Part shown: one piece after another, positions 32,951 through 50,616 of the stretch | How positions within the stretch are numbered: the stretch's first letter is position 1 | Layout: each line of letters starts with the position of its first letter | Source of the DNA: the human T2T-CHM13v2.0 reference genome, Homo sapiens | Assembly: GCF_009914755.1 (NCBI RefSeq) | Contig: NC_060935.1 | Length of the DNA: 64,000 nucleotides | Direction: 5' to 3' (one strand) | Notes under the pieces: generated by a model | Databases searched by the model: none | Told to the model about the DNA's origin: nothing | The model's input: the letters and a program-made list of their open reading frames with translations, nothing else | Translations under genes and position numbers: made by a program

Positions 32951-33931
32951 CCTAAATGACTGGAATGTGGGAATAATCCTGTAATTTTGTATTGTAAATC
33001 CATGCTAACTGAGGCCTGAAAGTTATGTTTGAAAAAAATATTGGGGGGGCATAATAATGCATACACTACTACATTCTTCAATACTCACCAGTCAGATCTC
33101 TGCTTTCATGACTTTGTAGTAAAATTCTCCATATCTCTGTTGGTCTCATCTTTCAAAATTTTTTAAATTAATTTTGTCCTGAAACTTCAAAAATGATATT
33201 CCAGATTTTTGATAAGAAAATCAGTAAACCCTTGCAAGCTAAGGAGCCACAATTTGGAAAGTGTATTATTTCTTTGACAATCACCTCACATGCATTTTCT
33301 CTGTCCTCTGTTTCTAAAAGCTCTATTAATGATATATACAAAGCTGGGATTGATTGAACAACCATGAAAAATGAGGAAATGGGCTAAGGATTTTTAAAGT
33401 CTTCGTGCTCTAAAAATATTTTTTCTAGTAAGAAGCTAAAATTGGAGACTGCAATAAAAATTTCACAATTATGAAAATCACTAAATAAAAAGGAGAGCAA
33501 ATAAAGAGTATGAAGGCTATTATGCACACCGTACCTTACATGTGGTTTGTCATTTAATGCCAACAACAGCCACATAAATTTTACATCACTAAAATTTCCT
33601 GGATGGACAATTATTCCTCAGTTTTAATTCTATGTGTCCAATCTTAAATGGAAATAAAAATATGGTGCTGAAAATCAATTTCTTGTCACTATATCTAGGA
33701 TTATGTTTGAAATTGAATTTAAATTACTGTATTTGTATTCATTTAACTTAATATTTCCTTCTCCCTCCAACACACACACACATGCACACACACATATACA
33801 TATGCACACATACACACATAATTCACACTTAAGGACTCACATGTGTGATCAATGTGCTGAGCACATTAGTTCTACTAATCTACTCATCCTTTAAGTTTCT
33901 CTAGGATGTATCCTGTAAGCCCACAATTCAA

Positions 33932-34125
33932 ACAGGGCCAGCTACATAGTTTGTGCAAACCAACACAAAATAAAAATGTGAGCCTTCTTGGTTAAAAAAA
34001 AAGAACAAAAAAAAGAAAAGAAAATTTAAGTTGGTGACAGCAATGCATCACACCAATCCAAGGACCCATCTAAGCACAAATCTTTGTTTGACTGCAACGA
34101 CTGTATGTTCATGAAGCTGCCTCTA
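33932..34125 (-). mobile_element. MER91-type hAT element
   Basis: cagggccagctacatagtttgtg...aaaataaaaatgtg...catgaagctg. Confidence 0.6.
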
Positions 34126-34207
34126 TGTCCAAGTTAAGTGTCCCTTTTTGTTCAGCTTATGGCACACTGTGTTTTACGTAGCATAGCAAAATCACATTCT
34201 ATATACT

Positions 34208-34569
34208 CGTATTAATTTTCTAGGGCTGCTTTACTAAGATTCAAGAGAAGGGGTGGCTTAAACAATAGAAATTCAATTTCTCATAGTTCTGGAGGCCAGA
34301 AGTTCTAGATCGAGGAGTTAGGAGGGTTGGTTTCTTCTGGGACCTTTCTTCTTGGCTTATAGATGGCTCTCTTCTCCCATTATCATTTCTCTATCTGGCT
34401 GGGTACAAATTTCCTCTTCTTTTATAGGACACCAGTCAGGTTGGATTAGGGTCCACCTTAATAAAGTCATTTTAACTTAATTACCTCGTTAAAGACTCCA
34501 TCTCTAAATACAGTCACATTCTGAGTTACTGGAGGTTAGGACTCCAATGTATGCCTGCAGCCCATAATG
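34208..34569 (-). mobile_element. MLT1B-type solo LTR
   Basis: ctagggctgct...ggcttaaacaatagaaatt...ggattagggtccacc...aatacagtcacattctgag. Confidence 0.85.
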
Positions 34570-34682
34570 TCCTGTTATGAATATCTCTTGGGCATGAAAT
34601 TCAGCATTTGTTGTTCACTACAATAAGTCCAGCATCTATCACATTCCAATAATTATAATAAATATCTACTAATAAATCAATA

Positions 34683-37054
34683 CTGGCATCCTGTTTTTAT
34701 TCTTCTTTGCTTTATTTTGTTTCACAGATATTGAAGTTTTTACAAATTGAAGGTTTGTGCCATCCCTGCATCAAGCAAGTCTATGGGTGCTATTTTCCTG
34801 ACAGCATTTGCTCACTTTCTGTCTCTGTGTCATGTTTGGGAAATCCTCCCAATATTTTAAATTATTATTAGATCTATTATGTTTATCTGTGATAAGTGAT
34901 CTTTGATGATACTATTGTAATTGTCTTGGGATGCTATGAACTGCCCCCGTATAAGACAGCAAACTGAATCTATAAACTGGTGTGTTCTGGCTGCTCCACT
35001 GACAGGCCGTTACCTTATCTCTCTGCCTCCCCTTGAGCTTCGCTATTCCCTGAGACACAACAATGTTGTCATAAGGCCAATTAATAACGCTACAATGGCC
35101 TCTAAGCATTCAAATGAAAGAAAGAGTTGCACATCTCTCACTTTACATCAAAAGCTAGAAATAATAAAACAGTGAGAAAGACGTGTCAAAAGCTGAGGTA
35201 GACTGAAAGCAAAGCCTCGTGGGTCAAACAGTTAGCCAGGCTGTGAATGCAAAACAAAAGTTCTGAAAGGAAATTAAAAGTGCTACTCCAGTGAACACAC
35301 AAATAATAAAAAGTCACATAGACTTATTGTTGATATGGTGACATTTGTAGTGTTCTGGATGGATCAAGCCTGCCGCAACATTCCATTTAGCCAAAGCCTA
35401 ATCCACAGCAAGGCCCTTACTCTTGTCAATTCTATGAAAACTGAGCGAGGTGAGGAAGCTGCAGAAAAAAGGTGGAACCTAGCAGAGGTTGCCTCATGAG
35501 GTTTAAGGAAAGAAGTTGCTCCTATAACATAAAAGTGCAAGGTGAAACAGCAAGTGCTAATGTAGAAGTTACAGCAAGTTATCTAGAATATCTAGCTAAG
35601 ATCATTGATGAAAGTGGCTACACTAAACAGCTTTTTCAGTGTAAACAAGACAACCTGTCATTGTAAGAAGATGCCATCCAGGACTTTCATAGCAAGAGAG
35701 GGGAAACCAATGCCTGGCTTCAAAGCTTCAAAGGACAGGCTGACTCATTTGTTAGGGGCTCATGCATTTGGCGATTTTAAGTTGAAACCAATGCTCATTT
35801 ACCATTCTGAAAATCCTAGGGTCCTTTAGAACTGGTCAAGTCTACCCTGCCTGTGCTTTAGAAATGGAACAATAAGTCTAGAGGATAACTGTTTTACAGC
35901 ATGATTTCCTGAATATTTTAAGCTCACTGTTGAGATCTTTCACTCAGAAAAAAAAAAAAATTCTTCAAAATATTTCTGCTGATTGACAATGTACTTTGTC
36001 ACCCAAGAGCTCTGATGGAGATCTACAAGGAGATGAATATTGTTTTTATGTCTGCTAACATGACATCCATTCTGCAGCTCATAGATCAAGAAGTAATTTT
36101 GACTTATTATTTTAAAAAATCCATTTCATAAGGGCATTGCTACCATAGATAGTGATTCCTTTAATGGATCTAGGCAAAGTAAATTGAAAACCTGGAAAGG
36201 ATTCATCGTTCTAGATGTCATTAAGAACACATTTGACTTATTGTCAGAGGCAAAAGCATCAACATTAACAGGAACTTTAAAAAGAAGTTGATTTCCAACA
36301 TTCATGGAGAACTTTGAGGCATTCAAGACTTCAGTAGAAGAAGTAACTATAGATGTGGTGGAAATGGTAAGAGAACTAGAATTAGAAATGGAGCCTGAAG
36401 ATGTAATCAAATTGCAGTAATCTCTTGATACAATTTGAGCAGATTAGGAATTGCCTCTTCTAGGTGAGCAAAGAAAGTGGTTTCATGAGATGGAATCTAC
36501 TCCTAGTGAAGATTCTATGAACATTGTTGATAGGACCACAAAGGTTTTAGATTACGTACACTTTCTCAGCAAAGCAGTGGCAGGGTTTGAGAGGATTAAC
36601 TCCTCCTTTGAAAGAAGTTCTACTGTGGGTAAAATGTTGCTAAAAAGCATCACATGCTACAGTGAAATCTTTTGTGAAAGGAAGGGGCAGTTACAGCAAA
36701 CTTCATTATTGTCTCATTTTAAGAAATTGCCACAGCTACCCCAATGTTCAGCAACCACCACCCTAATCAGTCAGTGGCTGTCCACATCAAGGCAAGACCT
36801 TCCACCAGCAGAAAGATTATGACTCACTGAAGGCTCAGATGATCTTTATCATTTTTAAACAGTAAAGTCTTTTTTATTTAAGGTGCATACATTGTTTTAA
36901 GACATAATGCATTACACAGTTAACATACTATAGTGTAAACATAACTTTCATATGCACTTGGGAACCAAAAAATTTGTTGTGTCTCACTTTATTGCGATAT
37001 TAGCTTTAGGCAATGGTCTGAAGCCAAACCTGCAATACCTCCGAGACAAGCCTG
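34683..37054 (+). mobile_element. Tigger1 DNA transposon, near full length (2372 bp), TA on both sides
   Basis: TA at 34681-34682 and 37055-37056; TIR-like ends; transposase fragments in the ORF track. Confidence 0.93.
35095..36822 (+). pseudogene. Disrupted Tigger1 (pogo-family) transposase
   Basis: MASKHSNERKSCTSLTL..., [27 protein letters not shown]..., ...LPPAERL; several stops and frameshifts. Confidence 0.9.
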
Positions 37055-40000
37055 TAAAATAATCAATGCACATGTAAATATTAGAGACTCTGATGTTCCA
37101 CTATCAATGACATTCCAATGTAGGGCTATTGTTTCTGAGATTGGGGCGAAATTTCTGAGTCATTCAGAGAAAAAAATAATCAATTGGTAAACATGAAATT
37201 CAATGAAATAATTAATCTACTGCCAAAAAACTTTTTCTTAAACTTTTGTCTTTAACTATGTGGAATGTTAGGTGAAATATGGTAATTTGATAATTTCTTG
37301 AAACCAAATATTCACATTTTTAAAAAGAGTCTTAATATACTCACATCAAAGAAGACACATATGGTCAAATAGTGAAGATTTTAAAAATTATTTTAAAGTG
37401 GAAATGCTAATTTAGGCAGCATTTTACTTTGGGTTAATAAATAATATTTTTATTTTAGAAATAAAGGTGGATTTAATAACTACTCAATTTTAGTTTTAAT
37501 TTATTTCTTATTAGGTACTGCTGAAATATTAAAAAGTCACTAGAAAATGTGATTTAATTTTATGCAGTGTTGGGTAAAATGTATTACTAAGTCTTATCTG
37601 CATATAAAATACATGAGGTAACTAAGTTGAAGATATTCATATAAATGGCTACATCATCTATGACAAATGGTGTATTCTAATTTTAATAAGGTACACATTT
37701 TTTAAATAATAGATTTTAACTTTTATTCTATTCTGTTAACAAAGTACCTAAACTCTATATGGCAGGTGTTATAATTGAAAATCAATTAATAAGCACATAG
37801 CCTGAAATTGAAAGTTATCCCTGGAATTGAGGACTAAAACAATATTTTAAGTAATTTCTACAGCCTTTAGTAATTTCACATTTGTCTATGCTTTCTTTAG
37901 TACTTCACTGGATTATATTTGTGGTTTCAGTTCATCTTTTAATGCCTTATCTGTAAAATTACCTACACTGAGAAGCACAGTGATTTACTGAATACCACCA
38001 ATATTCTCAAATGAGTCAATCCATCTTTCAGATTTGGTCAAAGACCTCTGGGTCTACCTTTTCTTACACCTGTTTGCTTCCTTCAAATAAGCAATCGGAA
38101 ATGTGTTATTCTGGGGTTTATACAAACAAATATTTTAAAACAACCTAATACATATAACATTTGAAATTACAGTAGAATAACACTAAAGAACAGGGGAAAC
38201 GATCACTAAATATATCAGTGGCAAATTTGTGGCCCACTCATGAAAAATGTATGGAATTTCAAAGCGTCCCTTTTGTTTTAAATTATTCTTTATTCAATTT
38301 TATTTTTTCAGTCTCACTGCTCATTGCCTGTTTTATCTACCTTAAGTTTATATTACCTAATATTTTGATTGTGCTTTGATAAGCTGTCTTAAGTCTATAT
38401 TTTGTGTTTTAATATTTTGTGATTGCTGCTGTTGTTGCATGTCATCTTTTAAAAATAATTTCAAATTTTATTTTATATACAGGGGGTACGCAGGCAGGTT
38501 TGTTACCTGGGTTTATTGTGTGATGCTGAGGTTTAGGGTCTGGGTCCCATCATCCAGGTATTGAGCATACTACCCAATAACAGGTAGTTTTTCAAAACAC
38601 AATCCCCTCCATCCCTTCCCCCTTTAGTATTTCACAGTGTTATTTTTCCCATCTTTATGTCTATGAGTACCCAATGTTTAGCTTTCCTTTATAAGTAAAA
38701 ATATATGGTATTTGGTTTGCTGTTCCTGTATTAATTATCTTAGGATTATGGCCTCCAGCTGTAACCATGTTACTGCAAAAGACATGATTTTATTCTTTTT
38801 CGTGGCTGTGTAGTATTCCATGGTGCATATATATCACATTTTCTTTATTCAATTCACCATTGATGGCTACCTAAATTGATTCCATGTCTTTGCCATTGTG
38901 AGTAGCAAAGTGATGAATATACAAATGCAGGTATCTTTTTGACGGAATTATTTATGTACTTTTGGGAAAATCCTAGCACCAGTTTCCCAGCACCATTTAT
39001 ATCCCAATAAATGGTGCTGGATATATACATACACATGTGGGGATATATCCAGCAATAGGATTACTGGGTTGAATGGTAACTCTGTTTTAAGTTCTCTGAG
39101 AAATCGCAAAACTGCTTTCCACAGTGGCTGAACTAATTTACGTTCCCACCAACAGGGTGTATTTCCTTTTATCCTTTTATCACCAGTGTCTGTTATTTTT
39201 TGACTTTTTACTAATAGCCATTCTCTCTAGTGTAACATGGTATCTCATTATGATTTTGATTTACATTTATCTGATGAATAGTGATGATGAGCATTTTATT
39301 CATATGTTCATCGGCCACTTGAATGCCATTTTTTTGAGAAGTGTCTGTTCGTGTCCTTTGCCCATTTTTTAATGGGGTTATTTGAGTTGCTCGTTGATTT
39401 GTTTAAGTTTCTTTATAGATTCTGATATTAGATCTTTGTTGGATGTATAGTTTGTGAATATTTTCTCTCATCTGTAGGTTGTCTGTTCCTTCTATTGACT
39501 GCTACTTTTGCTGTGGATAAGCTCCTTTCTTTAATTAGATACCACTTGTGAATTTTTGTTTCTGTAGCAATTGTTTTTGGGAGCTTAGCCAAAAATTCTT
39601 TGTCAAGGCCAATGTCAAGAAGGGTATTTCCTAGGTTTTCTACTAGGATTTTTACAGTTTGTGGTTTTTTATTTTAATCTACAATCTATCTTCAGTTAAT
39701 TTTTTATATGGTGAAAGGTAGGGGTCCAGTTTCATTCTGCTGCATATGTCTAGCCAGTTATCCCAGCATCCTTTAATAGGAAGTCTTTTCCTCATTGCTT
39801 GCTTTTGTTGACTTTGTCAAAGATCAGATGTCTGCAGGTCCATGGCTTTATTTCTGGGTTCTCTATTATGTTCCATTGGTCTATGTGTCTGTTTCTGTAT
39901 CAGTACCATGCCATTTTGATTACTGTAGCCTTATAGTATAATTCGAAGTCAAGTAATATGATCGGTAGTGTGATGCCTCTGGCTTTGATAGTTTTTGTTT

Positions 40001-41547
40001 TTGTTGTTGTTTGCCTAGGATTGCTTGCTTTGGTGATTTGGACTTTTAAAAAATTCCATATGAATTTAAGAATCTTTTTTCTAATTCTGTGAAAAATGGC
40101 ATTAGTAATTTAATATGATCTATAAATTGCTTTGAGCAGTACAGCCATTTAAATGATACTGGATTTTCCAATTCAAGAGCATGGAATGTTTTCCCACTTA
40201 TTTGTGTTATCTCTAATTTCATTCAGAAGAGTTTTGTAGTTCTTGTACAGATCTTTCACTTCCTTTGTTATCTGTATCTCTAGGTATTTCAATTATTTGC
40301 AGCTATTGTAAATGAGGTTTTCTTGATTTGACTCTCACCTTGAATGGTATTGGTGTATGGAAGTGCTACTAATTTTCATACATTCATTTTGTATCCTGAA
40401 ATTTTACTGAAGTTGTTTTTCAGTTCTAAGAGATTTTTGGCCAAGTCTTTAGAGTTTTTTAGGTATAGAATTATATTGTCAGCAAAGAAAAATAATTTGA
40501 CTTCTTCTTTCCCTACTTGAACGCTGTTTATTTTTTTTCCCTTCCCTGATTTCTCTGCCTAGGACATCCAGTAATATTTTGAATAGAAGTGGTGAGAGTG
40601 GGCATCCTTATCGTGTTCCAGTTCTCAAGGAGAACAGTTCCAGCTTTTGTTTCTTCAGGATGATGTTGTCTCTGTGTTTGTCATAGATGGCTCTTATTAT
40701 TTTGAGGTATGTTCATTTGATGCCTAGTCTGTTGAGGGTTTTTATCACAGAGGGATTCTGGATTTTATCAAAAGCTTTTTCTACATCTGTTGAGATGATC
40801 ATATGTTTTTTGCTTTGAATTCTGTTTATGTGTTTATATTGATTTGCATATATTGAACCAGCCTTGCATCTCAGGAATAAAGCCACTTGCTCTTGTATTA
40901 ACTTTTTGATGTGCTGCTAGATTTGGTTTGCTAGTATTTTGTTAAAGATTTTTGTGTCAGTGTTCATCAGGAAAATTGGCTGAAGATCCAATATCTTTGT
41001 AGTTGTGTCTCTCCCAGATTTTGATATCAGACTGTTTCTGGCTTCAGATGATGAGTTAGGGAGGAACCCCTTCTTGATTTTTTTGAATAGTTTCAGTAGG
41101 ATTGGTGCCACTTCTTCCTTGTATGTCTGGTAGAATTTGGCTGTGAATCTGTCTTGTCCAGTATTTTTTTTGTTTGGTAGGTTTTTCATTACTTATTCAA
41201 TTTCAAAACTTACTATTCATTTTTTTCAGGTTTTTACATTCTTCCTGGTTCAAACTTGGAAGCTTGTATATTTCCAGGAATTTATACATTTCCACTAGAT
41301 TTTTCTAATTCATGTGAATAGAGTTGTTTATAACAGCCTCTGAGGATCTTTTTGTACTTCTGTGCAATCATTTTTAATGTAAACTTTGTCATTTCTGATT
41401 GCACGTATTTGGATCTTCACTTTCTTTTTTTTCTGTTAATCTAGCCAGTGGTCTATAAATCTTATTTATTCTTTTGAAGGACCAATTCTTGATTTTTGCT
41501 TCTCAATTTTGTTCAGTTCTTTTCTAATTGTAGCTTCTCTCTCTCTC

Positions 41548-41845
41548 TTTTTCTTTTATTTGAGATAAGGTCTCACTCTGTAGTTCAGGGTGGACTGCAG
41601 CAGCATGATCATAGCTCACTGCAGCCTCAAACTCCTTGGCTCAAGTGATCCTTCTGACTCAGCCTCCCAACTAGCTGAGACTTACAGTCACCTGCCACCA
41701 ACCGTGTCTAATTTTTTGACTTTTTTGTAGTGTTAGGTTTTTGCTATGTTGCCCAGGTGGCTCTCAAACTCTTGACCTAAAGGAATCCTCCTACCTCAGC
41801 TTTCCAAAGTGCTGAGATTACAGGCATGAGCCATTGCATCTGGCC
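41548..41845 (-). mobile_element. AluJ within L1
   Basis: atagctcactgcagcctcaaactcc, gctatgttgcccagg. Confidence 0.9.
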
Positions 41846-42984
41846 TAGTTATTTCTTTTATTCTGCTACATCTAGGAGTTGGTTTGTTCTTTTTATTCTA
41901 GTTCTTCCAGATGCAAAGCTAGATTTTAATTCAAGACCTTTCTAACTTTTTGATGAAGGTGGTTAGTACCATAAACATTCCTCTTAATACTGCTTTAGCT
42001 GTATCCCAGATATTTGGGCAAATTGTTTCCCTATTTTCATCAATTTCAAAGAATTTTTTTATTTCTAACTTAATTTTGATGTTTACCCAGAAGTTAATCA
42101 GCAGCAAGTTGTTTAGTTTAAATGTATATGTATAGTTTTAAGAGAGCTTCTTGATATTGATTTATATTTTTATTGTACTGTGCTCTGAGAATGTGTTTGG
42201 TATAATTTTTTTTTAAAATTTACTGAGACATGCTTTATAGTTGAGCAAGTGGTCAATCTTGAAGTATGTTCCTTGTACAGGTGAGAGTAATATATATTCT
42301 GTGGTTGCTGGGTGGAGTATTCTGTTGATGTCTATTAGGTCAATTGATCAAGTGTCAAGTTTAAATCAAGAATTGCTTTGTTAGATGACCTATCTAATTC
42401 TCTTAGTGGGGTGTTGAAGTCTCCCATTTTCATTGTGTGACTGTCTAAGTATTTTTGTAGGTCAGGAAGAACTTGTTTTATAAATATGGGTGGTCCAGTG
42501 TTGGGTGCATATATATTTAGGATAATTAACTCTTCCTGTTGAATTGCACCCTTTAACATTATGCAATGCCCTTCTTTGCCCTTCTTAATAGTAGTTGGTT
42601 TAAAGTATGTTTTAGCTTACATAAGAATAGTGACTCCTGCTCTTTTTTGTTTTCCATTTGTATCATTTATCTTTCTCCGTCCCTTTACTTTGAACCTCTG
42701 GGTGTTATTACATGAGATGGGTCTGCTAATGATAGCAGATGATTGGCTCTTGTCTTTTTATCCAGCTTGCCATTCCATGTCTTTCAGTTGGTGTGTTGAG
42801 CTTATTTACATTCAGTGTTAGCCTTGATATGTGAGATTTGGATTCCGTAATTGTGTTGTTACCTGGTGGTTACGTAGAATGGATTGTGTAGTTATTTTAA
42901 AGTGTCTGTGGACTATGTGCTTAAATGTGTTTTTGTGGTAGCAGGTGTCATTCTTTTGATTCCATGTTTAGCACTTCCTTATGA

Positions 42985-43329
<345 letters not shown>

Positions 43330-44991
43330 CCAGGCTGGTCTAGAGTTATCAAATTTCCTGCATTTGCTTGTCTGAGAATAATTTTATTTCTCCTTTGCTT
43401 ATGAAGCTTAATTTGGCAGGATATGAAATTCTTGGTTAAAATTTCTTTTATTTAAGGATGCAGGAATTAGGTCCCCAATCACTTCTGGCTTGTAAATTTT
43501 CTGTTAAGAAGTCTGCTGCTAGCCTGATGGGGTTTTCCTTTGTAGGTGTACTGATCTTTTTCTCTAGTTGCCTTAAATTTTTTTTTTTTTCACATTAACC
43601 TTGGTGAATCTGATCACCATGTGATTTGAAATTGGTTGTCTTATATAGTATCTAGCCAGGGTTCTCTGTATTTCTTAAATTTGCATGTCAACCTCTCTAG
43701 TGAAATTAGGGAAATTTTGTGTGGGCTTTATCCTCAAATATATTTGCCACATTGCTTACTCTGTCTCCTTCTCTCTCAGGAGTGCCAGTGAGTTTTAAAT
43801 TTCATTTTTTTTACATAATCCCATATTTATGAGAAGTTTTGTTCAATTTATTACATTATTTTCTCTTTATTTTTGCCTGAGTTGATTCAAATAACTTTTC
43901 TTTGAGCTCTGAGTTTCTTTTCTCAACTTAGTCTATTCTGCTGTTAATACTTCTAGTTGTAATGTGAGATTCCTGTAGTGAAATTATTGGTTCCAGAAGC
44001 TCAGTTTGGTTCTCAAAATGGCTATTTTGTCCTTTGCCTCTTGGATCGTATTACTGGATTCCTTGGATTCCTTGGATTGGGTTTCAACCTTCTCTGCATC
44101 TCAGTGAGCTCCTTTTTCATCCAGATTCTAAATTCTGTGGGTCATTTCAACCATTTCAGTCTGGTTAAGTACAATTTTGGGGGTGGGGGAGGGGGGTAGT
44201 GGGCTTCTTTGGAAGTAAGGGGACATTCTAGCTTTTCTTGTGATGATCATTTCTCATTTGGCAGGTGCTGGTATTCCTTTGACTGTGGTATAAGTTCTGT
44301 GTAGTCAGTTGGGTTCATTTCCAGATACTTTAAGATGGCCAAAGCCCTGTAGAAGATCTTTATTTCCCGGTCAATCCTTGCTCCTGGTTTCCCAGGTATG
44401 TATATTAACAGAATGCCTTTTTTTGGTGTTTTAGTTTGGGATGTGATTTAGTAGATGGTGATTAAGAATAATTGCTGATGGACATGCACTTACTCAGTTG
44501 CTTGGCTATTTTGTGTTTCTTTTCACTTGCAGGCATGCTCTGCAGTGTGGGGTGGGGAGAGAGAGACCCCCTTCTTCAGGTCTGCCCCTGGGCCTTGACG
44601 GAGCCCCCTTTGATCACTGGTGCTGCACCTGAATTTGTTTGTTAGATGTTCTGGGCCACGGGGCTTTCTCAGACAGAAGCTATAGCAGGGAGATAGGACA
44701 CACTACATCCTTTCTGGATCATCCCTGCTCCCGCTGGTCCCTGAACCTGCTGTGCATCTTGTCCTTCTCCATGATCCAAGAGTAGGGGATCCAGTCCCAC
44801 TCAAATGCCTACCACAGCTCTCAGCTCAGCACTCTCAAGCTGCATGCTGCAGCCCTGGGGCAACCAGATGGTCTGCCTCAGGGCCAGGCTGTTCATGGGG
44901 GATCCAAAGTGCTTATAGGTTGCTGGGAAAGTACTTAGGTAGAGTAAAGCACCCAGGGAGATCAGCGGAGGGTGCACTGTGCGGCAGCTAG

Positions 44992-45389
<398 letters not shown>

Positions 45390-48071
45390 TAGCCTCACTT
45401 TCTCCTGGCCCAGCGGTCAAGTGGGGCTACAGCCTATCCGAGGAAGTTGGGAAGACCTGGGGAGTGGACACTTGTGGCCATGCTCTGCCAGAGCCACCCT
45501 GTGCACAAAAGCTCCTGGACTCTGCTGGCCAAAGTCGTTTTTGCCTACTCCCCGGGCAGATGCTCCTGCTGGCTCACAGGTCCATGAGGTGGGATGTGGT
45601 ATAACCTGCAGCTATAGGATCCCAGAGGCCCATGGCAAGAGTAAGCTGTTCCTCAGTTCCCTCACACATCTCTTCCCCAGGAGCCATTCAGGACCAGGAA
45701 CTAGCCTTGGCATTCGGATATTTCATGCAGGGTTCCCAGCGTCCTCACTCTTTCGCTGTGGTGTCAGTGCCACCTCCCCTTTCACTCTCGGTTTTCTCTC
45801 TGAAGATCTGCCCAGATAGGGTTGATTTACTCAATAATTTGGTCTTTTTTGGTGGCAGTGATGCTTTCTGGCTGCATGTAGTTGGACATATTGTCAGAAA
45901 ATGCCTTTGGTTTTTAACTTGCTTCTGTATACATAAACAAGATATAATTATCTTAAATAGTCACTCTGTGTACAGCAGAAGCAAAATACATATTTTAGAT
46001 ACTATCATTAATTTGCCCCAATAATTAGTAATAATTCTCAAGACGACCATTATTCACTTCAGAAAGAAGTAGATATAGAAATAGTTTTGAGATGGTCAAT
46101 GAGCTTTTAACAAATAATGTAACAGTGACTTAGACATAGTACAAGATTGTTTCTCCCTGTTAACTAGTAATCCTCACTGGAAACGCCCTAGAGATTTTAT
46201 TTTAAAATATGTTACATTTTCAAATATACGTAAGATGTATAAGTCGATTATACTAACTCAGTATTATATTGTTATTGAAAAAGTTGCTTCTGTTAAACTC
46301 ATGTTAAACATGTGCGAATAATATATTTAACATTCTGACTGCCTTTCACATGAACTTCTAAGAATATGGATCTTCAAACTATTGTATAATTCACTAAGGA
46401 TAGCTATTTTCTCCTAAAATGATAAACTCTTCCACAATTTGACTTCTGAAAGCTCTTATGGTTATAACAGAGTGATTGCAATAGATAATAAACATAATTT
46501 TTTAAACTACAGTTCAGAATTAAAATCAATGATATAACTTTGTACATTTTTAACGAAGAGCCTGATAAATTAATTTGGGCTAGAAAATCACAGCTGAAGT
46601 ATATAATATACAATGTTTTACATTTTGGCTCAATACTATTGGAAAGATTTTATGATTCTAATTATTGTAAATCTAAAACATCTGGTAAATTATCATTTTG
46701 TTCATTAGAAAACACTAGGAAGGATTATTGTTATACTAGCTTTTGGCATGTTTTAAAACAGTTACATTTTATATTCACGTTTCATACTCACTGGGACCAT
46801 ATGCTGTAATTATCCAAGTGAGGTCACCAAAAGGCGAAGAAAAGTAAAATTTCACAGCAAAATATTTCATTAGAACTTCTTGCACAATGGTTAGATTGTT
46901 AATAAGAGTTGGGAAAATCAACATCCATATATAACCTCACTTGCATTAGTTATTTCAACAATTTTTACAAATAGATAAATAGGCTTTTTCCTTACTAATA
47001 GAAGATATGAGGAAGAGAAAATATAAGAGAACAGAGGGCAAGTATCAAGAACAAGGTGGAAAACCTTTAAGGCACTCTATGTTGCCTCTAATGGAAATAA
47101 ATGACTGTATGCAATTAAAGGATTATCTTCTAGGTACAAAAGGAAACACAATCAACATTTGGGAGAGCACAACTCCTTTGAAAGGTTGCCTTTTGAGATT
47201 TTAGTGATTTGTCTTAGAAATGCATCACAGAACTAAATATCTTTGCTTTTCCTACTCTCTAGTTTTCTCAGTTTATCCTAAATATTAGATATACCACAGA
47301 AGTCTGAAAGATTTTGGAGATAGGTAAAATGCTAGGGATCCTAATAAACAGTAAGCAATTTAGAAAAGTCATGTATGAGAAATAACAAAACACAGTTGTG
47401 TTAAAACTAATAAAACTATGCTTAATTATATTTTCTTTAAATAAATAACTCGAGGATTTCAAGTGCAAAACAGCTTTGCCACAGTATGGAGTTTTTAATG
47501 TATGAAACCAGGTTGCTTAATTTAAAAAATATTTTCACACACATTAGAATACCCATTGTATTTATTCTAATGTACTTTTTCCCTTATTTGGGCCATTTTA
47601 ATAATACATATCTTGCAATGCAACTTGATTTTTACATTAAGAGAAAATATGTTTTGTTTTAGGTATTCAAATCATTTAATTTCTGACTCCGTTCCATTTC
47701 TTTCTGCCCTAATTTTTTTACTTCTGTTCATTCCTTATATTAGGCATTGTGGAGACAAAGTTGAATAAACATGGAAATTTTACAATACGTTTAAAATTCA
47801 GTAGATCAAAAATAAGATTTAAACATCTGTTGGAGATGATTATTCAACAAACTTCAAGGTAGATTTCATCAAAATTACGTAAATACAACAAAAGAAAGTG
47901 ACATATATAAATGATATTAACACATCATGCTTTTTATTGTCTTTAAAATGTTTATACGAAGATAGCTCATCAAAAACTTTGCTCGTCTCTATCATGCTTT
48001 ATCATAATAAGGTTAAAGGGTTCATCTGCAAAAAGTGATAATCAAAAAAGCTGTACAGTGGATGACTTCAT

Positions 48072-50614
<2,543 letters not shown>

Positions 50615-50616
50615 GA

